Below, in pieces: positions 9,694 through 20,943 of a stretch of 64,000 bases of DNA (within the stretch, counting starts at the first letter, position 1; the number at the start of each line of letters is the position of its first letter). The position numbers and the translations under genes are program-made. Under the pieces are notes generated by a model, which was not told the origin of the DNA, made no database searches, and worked only from the letters and a program-made list of their open reading frames with translations. The stretch is from the NCBI GenBank assembly GCA_028726625.1, contig JAQYPT010000048.1, positions 47,853-111,852 of the forward strand, in the 5' to 3' direction. Source of the DNA: Prevotellaceae bacterium. Lineage in GTDB: Bacteria > Bacteroidota > Bacteroidia > Bacteroidales > Bacteroidaceae.

Positions 9694-12546
9694 ATGGAAT
9701 ACAATTTCAGAGAAATTGAGAAAAAGTGGCAGCAACAGTGGGTGAAAAACAAAACCTATCACATTGTGGAAGATGCCCAAAAGAAGAAATTTTATGTGCT
9801 CAACATGTTCCCCTACCCATCTGGAGCGGGCCTTCATGTAGGCCATCCTTTGGGCTATATTGCCAGTGATATCTATGCGCGGTACAAGCGACAGAATGGA
9901 TTCAACGTTCTCAACCCCATGGGATACGATGCCTACGGACTGCCAGCCGAGCAGTATGCCATACAAACGGGGCAACATCCCTCCATCACTACTGAGGCAA
10001 ACATCAAGCACTATCGCGAGCAGTTGGACAAAATTGGATTTTCGTTCGATTGGGATCGTGAGATCAGAACCTGCGACCCGGCATATTACAAGTGGACACA
10101 ATGGGCGTTCATCAAAATGTTTCAATCGTATTATGACAACGATTTACAGAAAGCACAGCTTATCACGTCACTCGTACAGCATTTTGAAACCAAAGGTACT
10201 GACGGTTTGAATGCCGCTCAGAGCGAAGAACTACAGTTCACAGCCGAGGAATGGAAAGCTATGACTGAGCTTCAACAGCAGCAAACGCTTATGAACTATC
10301 GCATCGCTTACCTGGGCGAAACGATGGTAAACTGGTGTGCCGGACTGGGCACCGTGCTGGCCAACGATGAGGTGGTAGATGGCGTGAGCGAGCGAGGTGG
10401 CTACCCCGTGGTGCAAAAGAAAATGAAACAATGGTGTTTGCGCGTGTCTGCGTATGCGCAACGCTTGCTCGACGGACTGGAAAAAGTAAACTGGACGGAG
10501 TCGCTGAAAGAAACACAACGCAACTGGATTGGACGCTCGCAAGGAACCGAAGTGCAGTTTAAAGTAGCCAACCACGATGACCTGTGTTTGACGGTGTTCA
10601 CCACCCGCGCCGATACCATGTTCGGTGTTACGTTCATGGTGCTGGCTCCAGAGAGCGAATACGTCAGCCAAGTGACCACTCCCGAGCAGGCAACAGCGGT
10701 AGAAGAATATGTTGATGCGACGAAAAAGCGCACCGAACGGGAACGCATAGCCGATAGAAAAGTAACCGGAGTGTTCACTGGAAGCTACGCCATGAACCCA
10801 TTGACGGGCGAAAATATCCCTATCTGGGTGAGCGACTATGTACTGGCTGGCTACGGAACAGGAGCCATCATGGCCGTTCCGGCACACGACAGTCGCGACT
10901 ATGCCTTTGCCAAGCACTTCAATCTGCCCATCATTCCGCTAATCGAAGGGGCTGATGTGAGTGAAGAGAGCTACGATGCAAAAGAGGGAATCATGATTAA
11001 CAGTCCGGCAGAAGGAAAACAAACAGCGTTGAGCCTCAACGGATTGACGGTGAAAGAGGCCATTGCTGCCACCCGAAAATATGTGGTTGAACAGGGTATC
11101 GGGCGCGTTCGGGTGAACTGTCGCCTGCGCGATGCCATCTTCTCTCGTCAGCGCTATTGGGGCGAACCCTTCCCAGTATATTATCAAGACGGCATGCCTC
11201 ACATGATTCCCGAAGAATGCTTGCCGCTCGAATTGCCTGAGATTGACAAGTATGAGCCTACCGAGACAGGCGAACCACCATTAGGTAGAGCCAAGAAATG
11301 GGCCTGGGATGTGGAACAAAACAAGGTGGTGGACAAATCACTTGTCAACAATTCTACCATATTCCCGTTGGAACTAAACACCATGCCGGGCTTCGCCGGC
11401 AGCTCGGCTTATTATCTTCGTTACATGGATCCGCACAACGATGAAGCATTGGTGGATAAAAACGTAGCTGCTTATTGGCAGAATGTAGACCTTTATGTGG
11501 GTGGAACAGAACACGCAACGGGCCACTTGATTTATTCAAGATTTTGGAATAAGTTCTTGCATGATTATGGTTATTCCTTCAAAGAAGAACCTTTTGAGAA
11601 GTTAGTGAATCAGGGTATGATACAAGGACGCAGCAACTTTGTGTATCGTATCAACAATGATGACCATTCGGCAGCGCCTGTTTTCGTGTCATTGGGATTG
11701 AAAGAACAATATAAAACCACTCCCATTCATGTGGATGTGAATATGGTTCACGGCGACGTGTTGGACATAGAGGCCTTCAAGGCGTGGCGACCAGAATACA
11801 AACAGGCTGAATTTATCTTGGAAGGAGATAAATATGTGTGCGGCTGGGCCATCGAGAAGATGTCGAAATCAATGTACAACGTTGTCAATCCTGATATGAT
11901 AGTAGAACAGTACGGTGCCGACACGCTGCGCCTGTACGAAATGTTCCTTGGCCCGGTAGAGGCCAGCAAGCCATGGGATACCAACGGTATTGACGGTTGT
12001 CACCGATTCTTAAAGAAACTATGGGGACTGGTGTATGAATACAGAACTGACCAATTCCTGCCCAACGACGATGAGCCTACCAAAGAACAGCTGAAGTCTG
12101 TGCACAAACTCATCAAGAAAGTGACGGGCGATATCGAGCAGTTTTCGTACAATACGGCCATCTCTGCCTTCATGATCTGCATCAACGAACTGGCACAAAG
12201 CAAGTGCACCAACAAGGCACTGATCAAGGATGTCATCAAACTGTTATCACCCTTTGCGCCACACATCAGTGAAGAACTGTGGCATGTGTTGGGTGGAGAG
12301 AGTTCGGTTTGCGATGCCCAATGGCCTGCATGCAATGAGGAATATCTCAAAGAAAGCGATGTACAGATGACGGTATCGTTCAACGGAAAGGCTCGTTTCC
12401 AGATGGTGTTCGGCATAGACGACAGTCGTGAAGCCATCGAAGAAAAGGTGCTTGCCGACGAGCGCACACAGAAATATATCGCAGACAAAACAATTATCAA
12501 AACAATTATCGTTCCAAAAAAAATCATTAATATCGTACTAAAATGA
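9694..12546 (+). CDS. leuS: Leucine--tRNA ligase
   Basis: [14 protein letters not shown] (HIGH), KMSKS, 950 aa. Confidence 0.97.
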   Translation: MEYNFREIEKKWQQQWVKNKTYHIVEDAQKKKFYVLNMFPYPSGAGLHVGHPLGYIASDIYARYKRQNGFNVLNPMGYDAYGLPAEQYAIQTGQHPSITTEANIKHYREQLDKIGFSFDWDREIRTCDPAYYKWTQWAFIKMFQSYYDNDLQKAQLITSLVQHFETKGTDGLNAAQSEELQFTAEEWKAMTELQQQQTLMNYRIAYLGETMVNWCAGLGTVLANDEVVDGVSERGGYPVVQKKMKQWCLRVSAYAQRLLDGLEKVNWTESLKETQRNWIGRSQGTEVQFKVANHDDLCLTVFTTRADTMFGVTFMVLAPESEYVSQVTTPEQATAVEEYVDATKKRTERERIADRKVTGVFTGSYAMNPLTGENIPIWVSDYVLAGYGTGAIMAVPAHDSRDYAFAKHFNLPIIPLIEGADVSEESYDAKEGIMINSPAEGKQTALSLNGLTVKEAIAATRKYVVEQGIGRVRVNCRLRDAIFSRQRYWGEPFPVYYQDGMPHMIPEECLPLELPEIDKYEPTETGEPPLGRAKKWAWDVEQNKVVDKSLVNNSTIFPLELNTMPGFAGSSAYYLRYMDPHNDEALVDKNVAAYWQNVDLYVGGTEHATGHLIYSRFWNKFLHDYGYSFKEEPFEKLVNQGMIQGRSNFVYRINNDDHSAAPVFVSLGLKEQYKTTPIHVDVNMVHGDVLDIEAFKAWRPEYKQAEFILEGDKYVCGWAIEKMSKSMYNVVNPDMIVEQYGADTLRLYEMFLGPVEASKPWDTNGIDGCHRFLKKLWGLVYEYRTDQFLPNDDEPTKEQLKSVHKLIKKVTGDIEQFSYNTAISAFMICINELAQSKCTNKALIKDVIKLLSPFAPHISEELWHVLGGESSVCDAQWPACNEEYLKESDVQMTVSFNGKARFQMVFGIDDSREAIEEKVLADERTQKYIADKTIIKTIIVPKKIINIVLK

Positions 12547-13520
12547 TTAAGAATAAAGAATATGTCATGAATGAAGTAAAAGACTATGTCTTTATCACGT
12601 TAGGCCTGTTGCTTTACAGCACTGCCTTCACCATCTTCCTGATGCCCTACGAAATCGTCACGGGTGGTGTTACCGGTATGTCGGCCATTGTGTTTTATGC
12701 CACGGGCTTTAAGTTGGAAAACACTTATATGATTATCAACTTTTCATTGTTAATCGTAGCCCTGAAAATTTTGGGCTTCCGATTTATGATGAAAACCATC
12801 TATGCCATCATTGCTCTTTACTTCATGTTAATGTTTGCACAAAGTCTAATGCCTTTGGATACTAACGGAAACTTTATCAAGGTATTGGGCGAGGGACAAG
12901 ACTTCATGTCAATGGTCATTGGATGCTGTATCACTGGTTCATCATTGGCAGTGGTATTTCTTAACAATGGTAGTACAGGAGGATCGGATATCATTGCTGC
13001 TTGTGTCAACAAATACAAGGATATGTCATTAGGACAGGTGCTGATATTGGTTGATATCTTTATAGTCAGCAGCTGTTTTTTCTTCCCGCAGTTTGGCGAA
13101 ATGGCTGAACGCGCCCACAAAGTGGTGTTTGGTTTTTGCACAATCATCATCGAATGTTTCATGCTCGACTTTGTGTTTGCCCGTCAACGGCAATCCGTTC
13201 AGTTCATGATTTATTCGAGAAAACACGAAGAAATCGCTGAAATTCTGTCCAAAGAAACGGATCATGGACTAACTATTCTTGATGGTCACGGCTGGTATAC
13301 TGGACAGGAAATCAAGGTAATCTGTTTGTTAGCCCGTAAAAGTGAAAGTCAATTAATCTTCCGACTCATCAAGATGACCGACCCAAATGCCTTTGTTAGT
13401 CAGAGTTCGGTCATCGGTGTATACGGCGAGGGATTTGATCAAATCAAGGTAAAAGTAAAGAAAAAACATGAAGATCGTATTCGCAACAAACAACAAGAAC
13501 AAGCTTCAGGAAATTCGTGA
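12543..13520 (+). CDS. YitT family membrane protein
   Basis: Multiple TM helices, 'TGGVTGMS', '[10 protein letters not shown]', C-terminal DUF2179-like '[19 protein letters not shown]'. ATGA overlap with leuS. Confidence 0.85.
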   Translation: MIKNKEYVMNEVKDYVFITLGLLLYSTAFTIFLMPYEIVTGGVTGMSAIVFYATGFKLENTYMIINFSLLIVALKILGFRFMMKTIYAIIALYFMLMFAQSLMPLDTNGNFIKVLGEGQDFMSMVIGCCITGSSLAVVFLNNGSTGGSDIIAACVNKYKDMSLGQVLILVDIFIVSSCFFFPQFGEMAERAHKVVFGFCTIIIECFMLDFVFARQRQSVQFMIYSRKHEEIAEILSKETDHGLTILDGHGWYTGQEIKVICLLARKSESQLIFRLIKMTDPNAFVSQSSVIGVYGEGFDQIKVKVKKKHEDRIRNKQQEQASGNS

Positions 13521-14106
13521 CATACTGGGAGAACGATTTGAAATAGTGTCTTTGCAAGATATCGGTTGTCATGAGGAGATTCCAGAGACAGGAGATACCT
13601 TGCAAGAGAATGCCTTACAAAAGGCCATGTATGTGGCAGAACACTATGGATTGGACTGTTTTGCCGATGATACGGGGCTCGAAGTGGATGCTCTTGATGG
13701 TAAACCAGGTGTTCACAGCGCACGCTATGCCGAGGGAACCGACCATGACAGCGAGGCAAACATGCAGAAATTGTTGCGTGAATTACAGGGAAAAAACAAT
13801 CGAAAGGCTCATTTTCGCACTGTCATTGCCTTGCTGCAACATCCCAAAAATCAACAAGAAAAAAATGTAGATAATGCTTGTGCAGCACCTGAAATCCATT
13901 ATTTTGAAGGACGTGTGGATGGCCTAATCGCAGAAGAAAAACGTGGTGATGCTGGTTTTGGTTATGATCCGCTGTTCATTCCCAACGGATATAACAAGAG
14001 TTTTGCCGAACTTGGCGAAGATATAAAGAACCACATTTCGCATCGCGCACTGGCAGTTGAAAAATTAGCAGCCTATCTTAACGAAGATATAGCACAATCT
14101 GTCTAA
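13468..14106 (+). CDS. rdgB: Non-canonical purine NTP pyrophosphatase (Ham1/RdgB)
   Basis: [31 protein letters not shown]. Overlaps the YitT 3' end by 53 nt. Confidence 0.92.
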   Translation: MKIVFATNNKNKLQEIRDILGERFEIVSLQDIGCHEEIPETGDTLQENALQKAMYVAEHYGLDCFADDTGLEVDALDGKPGVHSARYAEGTDHDSEANMQKLLRELQGKNNRKAHFRTVIALLQHPKNQQEKNVDNACAAPEIHYFEGRVDGLIAEEKRGDAGFGYDPLFIPNGYNKSFAELGEDIKNHISHRALAVEKLAAYLNEDIAQSV

Positions 14107-14118
14107 TCGAATGACTCA

Positions 14119-16134
14119 ATGAAAACAACGATAGTATCTGTCCTTTTTCTCATCATGGGTTGCTTGCAAGGCTTGTCCCAAATAGGTTCTTGGAAAGTAT
14201 ATCCTGCCTATCACGACATAACGGACGTGCAACCGGCAGGTAACATCGTATATGTGTTGGCGTCGGGTGGATTATTTTGCTATGATAAAAATGACAACAG
14301 CATACAAACTTTTGATAAGAAAACAGGCTTGAATGATGTTGAAATAAGCCACATTGCTTATAGTTCTGCGGCAAAAAGATTGATTATTGTCTACAAAAAC
14401 AACAACATTGACTTGCTGGATGGTAAGGGAAATGTTACCAATATCGCTGACTATTATAAAAAATCGCTGACAGAAGACAAAACCATTCACAGCATCTATG
14501 TGAATGGAATCTATGCTTATTTGTCTACAGGATTTGGTATTGTCAAGCTCAATGTGAGTGATGCCGAAATTAGTGATACTTATTTTCTGGGTTTTCGCGT
14601 AGATTGGACATTTATACAGCAAAACAAAATCATTGCAGCATCAATGACCCATGGAAAATATGCTGCTGATTTGTCTACTAATTTACTTGACAAAAAGAAT
14701 TGGAAAAGAATAGGAAACTATTCTGAAAACAACAAAGAAGTAGACAAAGAACTATGGAATAAAATGGAAAGCATGCGTCCGGAAGGTCCGCAATACAACC
14801 ATTTTTATTTTCTAAAGTTTGTCAATAACCGCCTTTATACTTCGGGAGGAGGCTTTGAAGCAGAAGGTGTTAGCCTCTCACATCCAGGCATTATCCAAGT
14901 ACTTGACAATGGCCAATGGCACATCTATCAAGACGATATCCAAAAAACAACAGGCTATTCGTATGCAGATATCAATTGTTTAGCCATCGACCCTAAAGAT
15001 ATAAACCACGTTTTTGCAGGAGGAAGAACCGGAGTTTACGAATTTCAAAACGGTAAACTCACCAAATATTACAATAAAGACAACAGTATTCTGATGCCAG
15101 CAGTGGATAAAGGAAAAGAACTGGATAATGAATATGTTCCCATCAACGGCCTGCTGTTCGATGAAGAGCGTCATCTTTGGATATTAAATAACCAAACAAA
15201 GGGACAAAGCATCATCGAATTACTGCCAGATGGAACCATGAAATCACACCATCAACCATCGCTGATGCAAAATGGAGTGAGCCCCAGTTTGCTCTATCAT
15301 CCCATGTTTGACAGTCGAGGCTTATTGTGGTTCGGCAACGGGAACTACAAGTTTCCGGCACTGTTTTGTTATGATAGGAAGACTGAAACGCTGCACACGA
15401 TAACCAATTTCATCAACCAAGATGGAAACAGTCTAAGAACAACAGCAGTAAAATATATCGCTGAAGATATGGAGAACAATCTTTGGATTGGTACAAACAC
15501 AGGAGTATTGCTGCTTGAAGCTTCAAAAATGAATCAACTACCCGATGTTACTTTCACACAAATAAAGATTCCTCGCAATGACGGAACTAACTTAGCTGAC
15601 TATTTATTGGCAGGAGTAGACATTACCTGCATTGCAGTTGACAAGAGTAACCGCAAATGGTTTGGCACAGGAAGTAATGGAGTATATCTCATCAGTGCTG
15701 ATAACAACCAGCAAATTCATCATTTTACCATAGCAAACAGCGTATTACCTTCTAACCATATAGAAAGCATTGCCATCAATAATCAAACAGGAGAAGTGTT
15801 TTTTGGGACAGACAAAGGACTTTGTTCTTTTCAAAGTGACGCCACCGAGGCAGTGGAATCAATGAACAAAGACGTTACCTACGCATACCCAAATCCAGTA
15901 GAACCCTCTTACAATGGCCCTATAACGGTTGTCGGACTCAGCTATCAAGCCGACATCAAAATAGTAACTGTCAATGGCACCTTAGTGACTAAAGGCAAAA
16001 GCAATGGCGGAACTTTCGTGTGGGATGGTAACGATATGAATGGTAACCCGGTGGCATCGGGCATCTATATGGTACAAACTGCCGACCAAACTGGCAACAA
16101 AGGAACTGTATGCAAAATCGCTATCGTCAGATAA
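14119..16134 (+). CDS. porZ: PorZ-like beta-propeller protein with C-terminal Ig/T9SS-type domain
   Basis: Signal peptide, propeller repeats (IAVDKSNRKWFGT, LWIGT), 'GEVFFGTDKGLCSF', and C-terminal 'AYPNPV...WDG.DMNG.PVASGIY'. Confidence 0.75.
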   Translation: MKTTIVSVLFLIMGCLQGLSQIGSWKVYPAYHDITDVQPAGNIVYVLASGGLFCYDKNDNSIQTFDKKTGLNDVEISHIAYSSAAKRLIIVYKNNNIDLLDGKGNVTNIADYYKKSLTEDKTIHSIYVNGIYAYLSTGFGIVKLNVSDAEISDTYFLGFRVDWTFIQQNKIIAASMTHGKYAADLSTNLLDKKNWKRIGNYSENNKEVDKELWNKMESMRPEGPQYNHFYFLKFVNNRLYTSGGGFEAEGVSLSHPGIIQVLDNGQWHIYQDDIQKTTGYSYADINCLAIDPKDINHVFAGGRTGVYEFQNGKLTKYYNKDNSILMPAVDKGKELDNEYVPINGLLFDEERHLWILNNQTKGQSIIELLPDGTMKSHHQPSLMQNGVSPSLLYHPMFDSRGLLWFGNGNYKFPALFCYDRKTETLHTITNFINQDGNSLRTTAVKYIAEDMENNLWIGTNTGVLLLEASKMNQLPDVTFTQIKIPRNDGTNLADYLLAGVDITCIAVDKSNRKWFGTGSNGVYLISADNNQQIHHFTIANSVLPSNHIESIAINNQTGEVFFGTDKGLCSFQSDATEAVESMNKDVTYAYPNPVEPSYNGPITVVGLSYQADIKIVTVNGTLVTKGKSNGGTFVWDGNDMNGNPVASGIYMVQTADQTGNKGTVCKIAIVR

Positions 16135-17381
16135 GTCTGCTCTTTCTGGCTTTCCTATTGTTGGTGCTCTTCCTATTTGGCTATACACCCACAAATGATG
16201 GAGATGGCTATATTGAATACGCCAGGATGTGCATCGACTACGGAGAACCCTATCCTTGTGCGCCTACCATCAATGGACAACCCTTTATTTGGAACATTGG
16301 ACAGATTAATTTGGTGGCTCTCTCGCTGTATCTATTCCATTCTGTCTATCCCATCTTAGTGTTGATGTGCTTCCTCAAAGCCGCTTCAGCCTACTTATTA
16401 GCGCGCATAGCACAAAAAACATGCAACGACCAGATAGGACTCATTGCCCTATTATTATATGTATGCTATCCCAATAATTGGGGACAAAGCACGACCATAC
16501 TCTCCGAAATACCATCCATCACGCTCTTATTAGGGGCGGTTTTCATCATTCTACACACCTCCCGTGTGCGACATCTCTTCATAGCAGGCATGTTAATGGC
16601 TGTAGCCAATTGGTTTCGTCCCATCAGTTTGGTATTTATGGGTACGTTTCTTCTCTATTTCCTATTCTTCAAAAACAAACAATGGTTGCGTTCTTTCAGC
16701 TCCCTCCTGGCTGGATATGCCTTGTTCATCCTCGTAGTTGGCACCAGTTGCTGGCTGCGTACAGGCTATTTCTTGTACCAAAGTGAAACCTTGTGGTTCA
16801 ACATGGCAGCAGCAACATACGAAACCAGCGTAGAACCTCATTACAATGCCGAGGCTTATCCCAAAGGAACCATCAGGTATATTGAACACATGAAGGATAA
16901 AACGGCCATAGAATGCAACCAAATATGGAAACAAAGATGTTTGAAATGGCTCAAGGATAACAAAGCAAACTATTTGAGTAAAATCCCTGGCAGATTGATA
17001 TATATGTACATGAACGACATGGATAACATACCTGCTTTTATGCATGATAAATCGAAAGCCCAAAACAATTACGTCACACTTCCCTATCGAACGCTACTGT
17101 ACAACCTTCAAAATCTATCCTCCATACAGTGGTTTGGACTGCTCAACATGATTTATTACGCATTCCTACTGCTGACCTTTGCCTTTTCCCTCCATGTTTT
17201 ACGTTCAGAAAAAAAGTACGACACCTTGTTTCTTTTATGTTGTATCGTCATTGGAGGTTCATTAGCTTTGGTCTTGGCAGTACACGGAGAAACCCGATTT
17301 AAGGCTCCTTTCATGCCTTTTATCTTCATGGGTGCGGCGGTTGGCATCCATGAAATTACTCTCAAGCTACGATCCATTTAG
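16110..17381 (+). CDS. GT-C fold membrane glycosyltransferase (ArnT/PMT-like, GT39/83)
   Basis: Polytopic membrane protein with an acidic motif after TM1 (PTNDGDGY), 'ILSE', 'ANWFRP' and 'ETRFKAPFMP'. Overlaps porZ by 25 nt. Confidence 0.6.
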   Translation: MQNRYRQISLLFLAFLLLVLFLFGYTPTNDGDGYIEYARMCIDYGEPYPCAPTINGQPFIWNIGQINLVALSLYLFHSVYPILVLMCFLKAASAYLLARIAQKTCNDQIGLIALLLYVCYPNNWGQSTTILSEIPSITLLLGAVFIILHTSRVRHLFIAGMLMAVANWFRPISLVFMGTFLLYFLFFKNKQWLRSFSSLLAGYALFILVVGTSCWLRTGYFLYQSETLWFNMAAATYETSVEPHYNAEAYPKGTIRYIEHMKDKTAIECNQIWKQRCLKWLKDNKANYLSKIPGRLIYMYMNDMDNIPAFMHDKSKAQNNYVTLPYRTLLYNLQNLSSIQWFGLLNMIYYAFLLLTFAFSLHVLRSEKKYDTLFLLCCIVIGGSLALVLAVHGETRFKAPFMPFIFMGAAVGIHEITLKLRSI

Positions 17382-17409
17382 TACATACCGTTTCTCTTTC
17401 ATGGCTTAG

Positions 17410-17801
17410 TTGTCCACATCCTATTTATATATTCTTTTTATTTATTTTTTAAAAGAAAGAAATATGAAGAGAGATGATGTGCGGTGGATATGTTGATAAC
17501 TATCCATTGATTTATTTGCTTTTTTCGTTATTCCACTCTTACGTTGCTTTTTACACACTTCAACGGCATATCTTTCTATTGTTAATCAATTTGTTAGCTA
17601 ACTTTTCCACAATCTAGTGAAGTATCGAATGATGTGAATAAGTTGATAAATTTCTTGGCCGAATAATTGTGGAAATTGATGTATAACTTCGTCATAAGTG
17701 TGTGGATATGCACCAACTTTTATGTTGTTTACTTACTAAGTGGATAAACAGGCAGTTATTCGACGTTTATAAACAGAGTTATGCACAATGATTGTGTATA
17801 A
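17410..17801. other. Putative chromosomal replication origin (oriC)
   Basis: Four perfect TTWTNCACA boxes (17603-11, 17633-41 rc, 17779-87, 17793-801 rc) and six 1-mismatch boxes (17410, 17491, 17668, 17701, 17739, 17767) in an AT-rich ORF-free gap between convergent genes. Confidence 0.8.
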
Positions 17802-17829
17802 GTGTTTGTATGTTTCGTTTGAAGCAAAT

Positions 17830-17863
17830 AAATAAGGCAACGACACAAATCGTTGCCTTATTT
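17830..17863 (-). terminator. Terminator after rubredoxin
   Basis: 14-bp inverted repeat AAATAAGGCAACGA / TCGTTGCCTTATTT. Confidence 0.75.
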
Positions 17864-17882
17864 AAGTTCATCAAATGCTGTT

Positions 17883-18047
17883 TTATTCAGCTTGAGGAGT
17901 GAAATCTTCTTTTCCTACACCGCATAATGGGCATACCCAGTCATCTGGGATATCTTCAAATGCTGTTCCGGGAGCGATGCCTCCATCGGGATCGCCTTCT
18001 GCGGGGTCATAAACATAACCGCAAGTTTCACATACATACTTTTTCAT
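17883..18047 (-). CDS. Rubredoxin (54 aa; absent from the ORF track)
   Basis: Manual translation [54 protein letters not shown], with two CxxCG motifs. Confidence 0.95.
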   Translation of the reverse strand: MKKYVCETCGYVYDPAEGDPDGGIAPGTAFEDIPDDWVCPLCGVGKEDFTPQAE

Positions 18048-18080
18048 AATCTTGTTTTTTAATAAGTGAATAAATTAATT

Positions 18081-19139
18081 TTATTTTCTGTTTTTATGTA
18101 TAATTTCATCAACTTTATTGATGATTTGTTCTGGTTTTATTTCATTTAAGCAAGCATAGTCATTCCTCCAGCACGGTTTATTGCCATAAATGGAACACGG
18201 GCGACACGTTAAGTCGGTCTGAACTGCAAGGTCTGCGCTTTGATTCCACCCCATAAATCCCGCAAAGGGATGTGTGGCACCCCAAACGCTGATGACGGGT
18301 GTGTTAACCAATGATGCCAGATGCATGTTGGCACTGTCCATACTAATCATCACATCCAAATGGTACATCAAAAGCAGTTCTTCCTGCAACGTGTTTAATA
18401 GCGTTGGTACACTGACACATCTTTCATATTTTTTTGCCCACAAAGATAGTTGCTCCTTTTCTTCTTTTCTGCCCCCAAATAGGAAAATTCGTGTATTTTC
18501 GTACTTGGTTTGTATCATCTCAATTGTTTTTTCCATTTTTTCCAATGGATAAACTTTACCCTTGTGTGCTGCGAAAGGCGCTATGCCAATCCACCGTTCA
18601 TCCTTACTTTTCGTTTCGATACCATTTGGTAAGTCAGGCATCGTGCCGTCTTGTCGTGGAAAGATGGATGTGAAATCTATCTCAATGGGGTAACCTAGTT
18701 TTGCTAATACATCCGCATAGTTTTGGAAAGACGTTTGTAGCGGCGTCAATATCTTGTTCCCTCTTGCGGTTAGCCTACGTCTGTCGGCCCGATGTTTGTC
18801 GATATGGGCAACTTTGAACCTGTCTAACGAAAATCTACATCGTAGATATTTCGAGCGCAGCGTATCATGAAAATCGGCTATGGCGGTGAATCTTTTGGCC
18901 GTCAGTCTGCGGTAAAGTTTATTCAGTCCGCGCAGATTCTTATATTCATTGTTCAGGTCGGCAGACATAAAGTCCACGTTTGGTGCCAATTTGTCAAAGA
19001 AATTCGCTGCAAAGGGTCGGCTCAACACGCTGATGCGAATGTTGGGATATTGTTTTGCCAATGAGTACACTACCGGAACCGTCATGGCTACGTCACCCAT
19101 AGCCGAGAACCGTATGATGAGCAGATGTTCGGTCTTCAT
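18081..19139 (-). CDS. Glycosyltransferase family 9 (heptosyltransferase-like)
   Basis: IRFSAMGDV, DSANMHLASLV, WGATHPFAGF. Confidence 0.88.
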   Translation of the reverse strand: MKTEHLLIIRFSAMGDVAMTVPVVYSLAKQYPNIRISVLSRPFAANFFDKLAPNVDFMSADLNNEYKNLRGLNKLYRRLTAKRFTAIADFHDTLRSKYLRCRFSLDRFKVAHIDKHRADRRRLTARGNKILTPLQTSFQNYADVLAKLGYPIEIDFTSIFPRQDGTMPDLPNGIETKSKDERWIGIAPFAAHKGKVYPLEKMEKTIEMIQTKYENTRIFLFGGRKEEKEQLSLWAKKYERCVSVPTLLNTLQEELLLMYHLDVMISMDSANMHLASLVNTPVISVWGATHPFAGFMGWNQSADLAVQTDLTCRPCSIYGNKPCWRNDYACLNEIKPEQIINKVDEIIHKNRK

Positions 19140-19742
19140 TTATTTTTTGTAGAGAACCGGATTGGTCGACGGATCATTGTACATCTTCATCTGTCGATAC
19201 ACTTTCATGTATTTTCGTCCCTCTTGGATGTCTTCCAGCAGCTGATTAATGGCTGTTCCCAAGTCTTGTTGTTGTTCCAGCAGCACATTTAGCTTGGCCG
19301 TACACGTATCTTTGTGCTCTTTTGAAGCATCTTGTCGTTCGACTTGCTCGCGCATGTGATAAATCTTCAGTGCCAGTATGGACAGTCTGTCTATTGCCCA
19401 GGCCGGACTTTCGGTGTTGATGTGTGCGTCGGGCAGCACTTTCACCTCACTGTATTTCTGCCTGAAATAGCTGTCTATCTGTTCAACAAGATCCGTACGG
19501 TCTTGATTTGAGCGGTCAATGCGGCGTTTCAAGGCCAACGCTTCCATTGGATCAATATTTGGGTCTCTGATGATATCTTCAAAATGCCATTGAACAGTGT
19601 CAATCCAGCACTTCAGATACAACCGGTTTTCGATGGTTCCATCGTCGTAGGGATTATTGATTGGTGTGTCAATATCATCATGGACGTGATAATCATCAAT
19701 AGCTCGTTGAAAGATTTTGTTACATTGTTCACTAAATGACAT
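19140..19742 (-). CDS. DUF4254 domain protein
   Basis: WIDTVQWHFEDIIRDP, NTESPAWAIDRLSILALKIYHM, KVYRQMKMYND. Confidence 0.85.
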   Translation of the reverse strand: MSFSEQCNKIFQRAIDDYHVHDDIDTPINNPYDDGTIENRLYLKCWIDTVQWHFEDIIRDPNIDPMEALALKRRIDRSNQDRTDLVEQIDSYFRQKYSEVKVLPDAHINTESPAWAIDRLSILALKIYHMREQVERQDASKEHKDTCTAKLNVLLEQQQDLGTAINQLLEDIQEGRKYMKVYRQMKMYNDPSTNPVLYKK

Positions 19743-19923
19743 GTTGCGTTTTCTTTTGGTTACTTATGCAAATATAAGTAATAAACGGTAATAGTCAAAA
19801 CAAAATCAAGGTTTTTTAGTACATTGTAACAAAGTATGCGTTGTTTAATTTGATTTTTATCGTTTTAAAAGTTCTAATCTTTCTGCTGTTTTGATCAATC
19901 AGAATAAATACTGAAAGCTGTGC

Positions 19924-20290
19924 GAATTTTCTTGACAAGCAACCGTTTTATTTTGAGCGTATTTGCAAGCAACTCTTCATCCGTTTGCAAATACGCCAAA
20001 TATACGTTGATTTTGTATATAATTGACACATAATAAAATACAGCTTTCAACCATGGTTATACCCCTTCATTTTTACTTTTTTCAGGTTAAACACATTGCT
20101 TTTAGGCTTCAATATGCATGCTTTTGGTGTGTTAAGCCTTGTAAATTGACCGGCAAAGTCGTATATATTGAACCTTAAACGCATTGCTGTTGTCTTAAAA
20201 TTTAATTTTTCTTGCTTCATGATAGCTAGTTTGCATACTCTATGCCTAGTGAATTTTTCCAGATTGAAAGTTTTGAAGTGCTGTTTTAGG
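19924..20290 (+). repeat. ~366-bp dispersed intergenic element, copy 2
   Basis: AATTTTCTTGACA ... GCGTATTTGCAA-N16-TTGCAAATACGC ... ATTGAAAGTTTTGAAGTGCTGTTTTAGG; same length and landmarks as copies 1 and 3. Confidence 0.8.
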
Positions 20291-20619
20291 GGTATTATTT
20301 GGTTAAAAAATTCTACATTTTTTTAGGTAGTGGCGTGATTTATCACGTTCAGAAATGCAGTAGTATTGCAAATCATCACGCATCTACCTATCTATTAATG
20401 TCTGTTTTCTATTTTTGTTGGTGTCACCTATTATATAACTCTATAAATTACAGCAATTTTCAACAAAACAAGTATTAAAATTGCACAATATAGGGTATAA
20501 TGTGCAATATGAGGTACTTTTTTCGATAAAACATTTGTAGATGTGAATAAAAATTTGTTCCTTTGCAACCGTATTTTTGATTGAGAATCACTTATAAACA
20601 TTTTAAAAAAGTTACAATT

Positions 20620-20856
20620 ATGTCAGAAATTGAAAGCAAAGTAAAGGCTATTATCGTAGATAAGTTGGGTGTTGATGAGGCAGAAGTAAAGCCAGAAGCA
20701 AGTTTCACTAATGATCTGGGTGCCGATTCATTGGACACTGTAGAGCTGATTATGGAATTCGAGAAAGAATTCGGCATCTCTATTCCAGACGATAAAGCTG
20801 AGAAAATTGCAACGGTAGGTGATGCCATTTCTTATATAGAAGAAAATGCAAAATAA
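20620..20856 (+). CDS. acpP: Acyl carrier protein
   Basis: [12 protein letters not shown]. The start is reassigned to the ATG at 20620 (MSEIESKV). Confidence 0.97.
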   Translation: MSEIESKVKAIIVDKLGVDEAEVKPEASFTNDLGADSLDTVELIMEFEKEFGISIPDDKAEKIATVGDAISYIEENAK

Positions 20857-20859
20857 TTA

Positions 20860-20918
20860 AAAGCAAACGAATTGGGTTGAGCTGGGAGATTTCTTTCAGC
20901 TCAATTTCAATTTGCTTT
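20860..20918 (+). terminator. Long hairpin between acpP and fabF (partial terminator or processing site)
   Basis: Nested inverted repeats AAAGCAAA/TTTGCTTT and TTGAGCTG/CAGCTCAA, followed by T-rich sequence. Confidence 0.55.
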
Positions 20919-20943
20919 TAATCATTTTTTTTTTATTCAATCA

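Noticed and set aside
10231-10917. 228-aa ORF antisense to leuS; similar shadows at 22262-23011, 24815-25606, 27220-27879, 31126-31944, 35547-36236, 38579-39397 and 49684-50589
   Set aside because: They lie almost entirely opposite confident genes, which is typical of codon-bias shadow ORFs.
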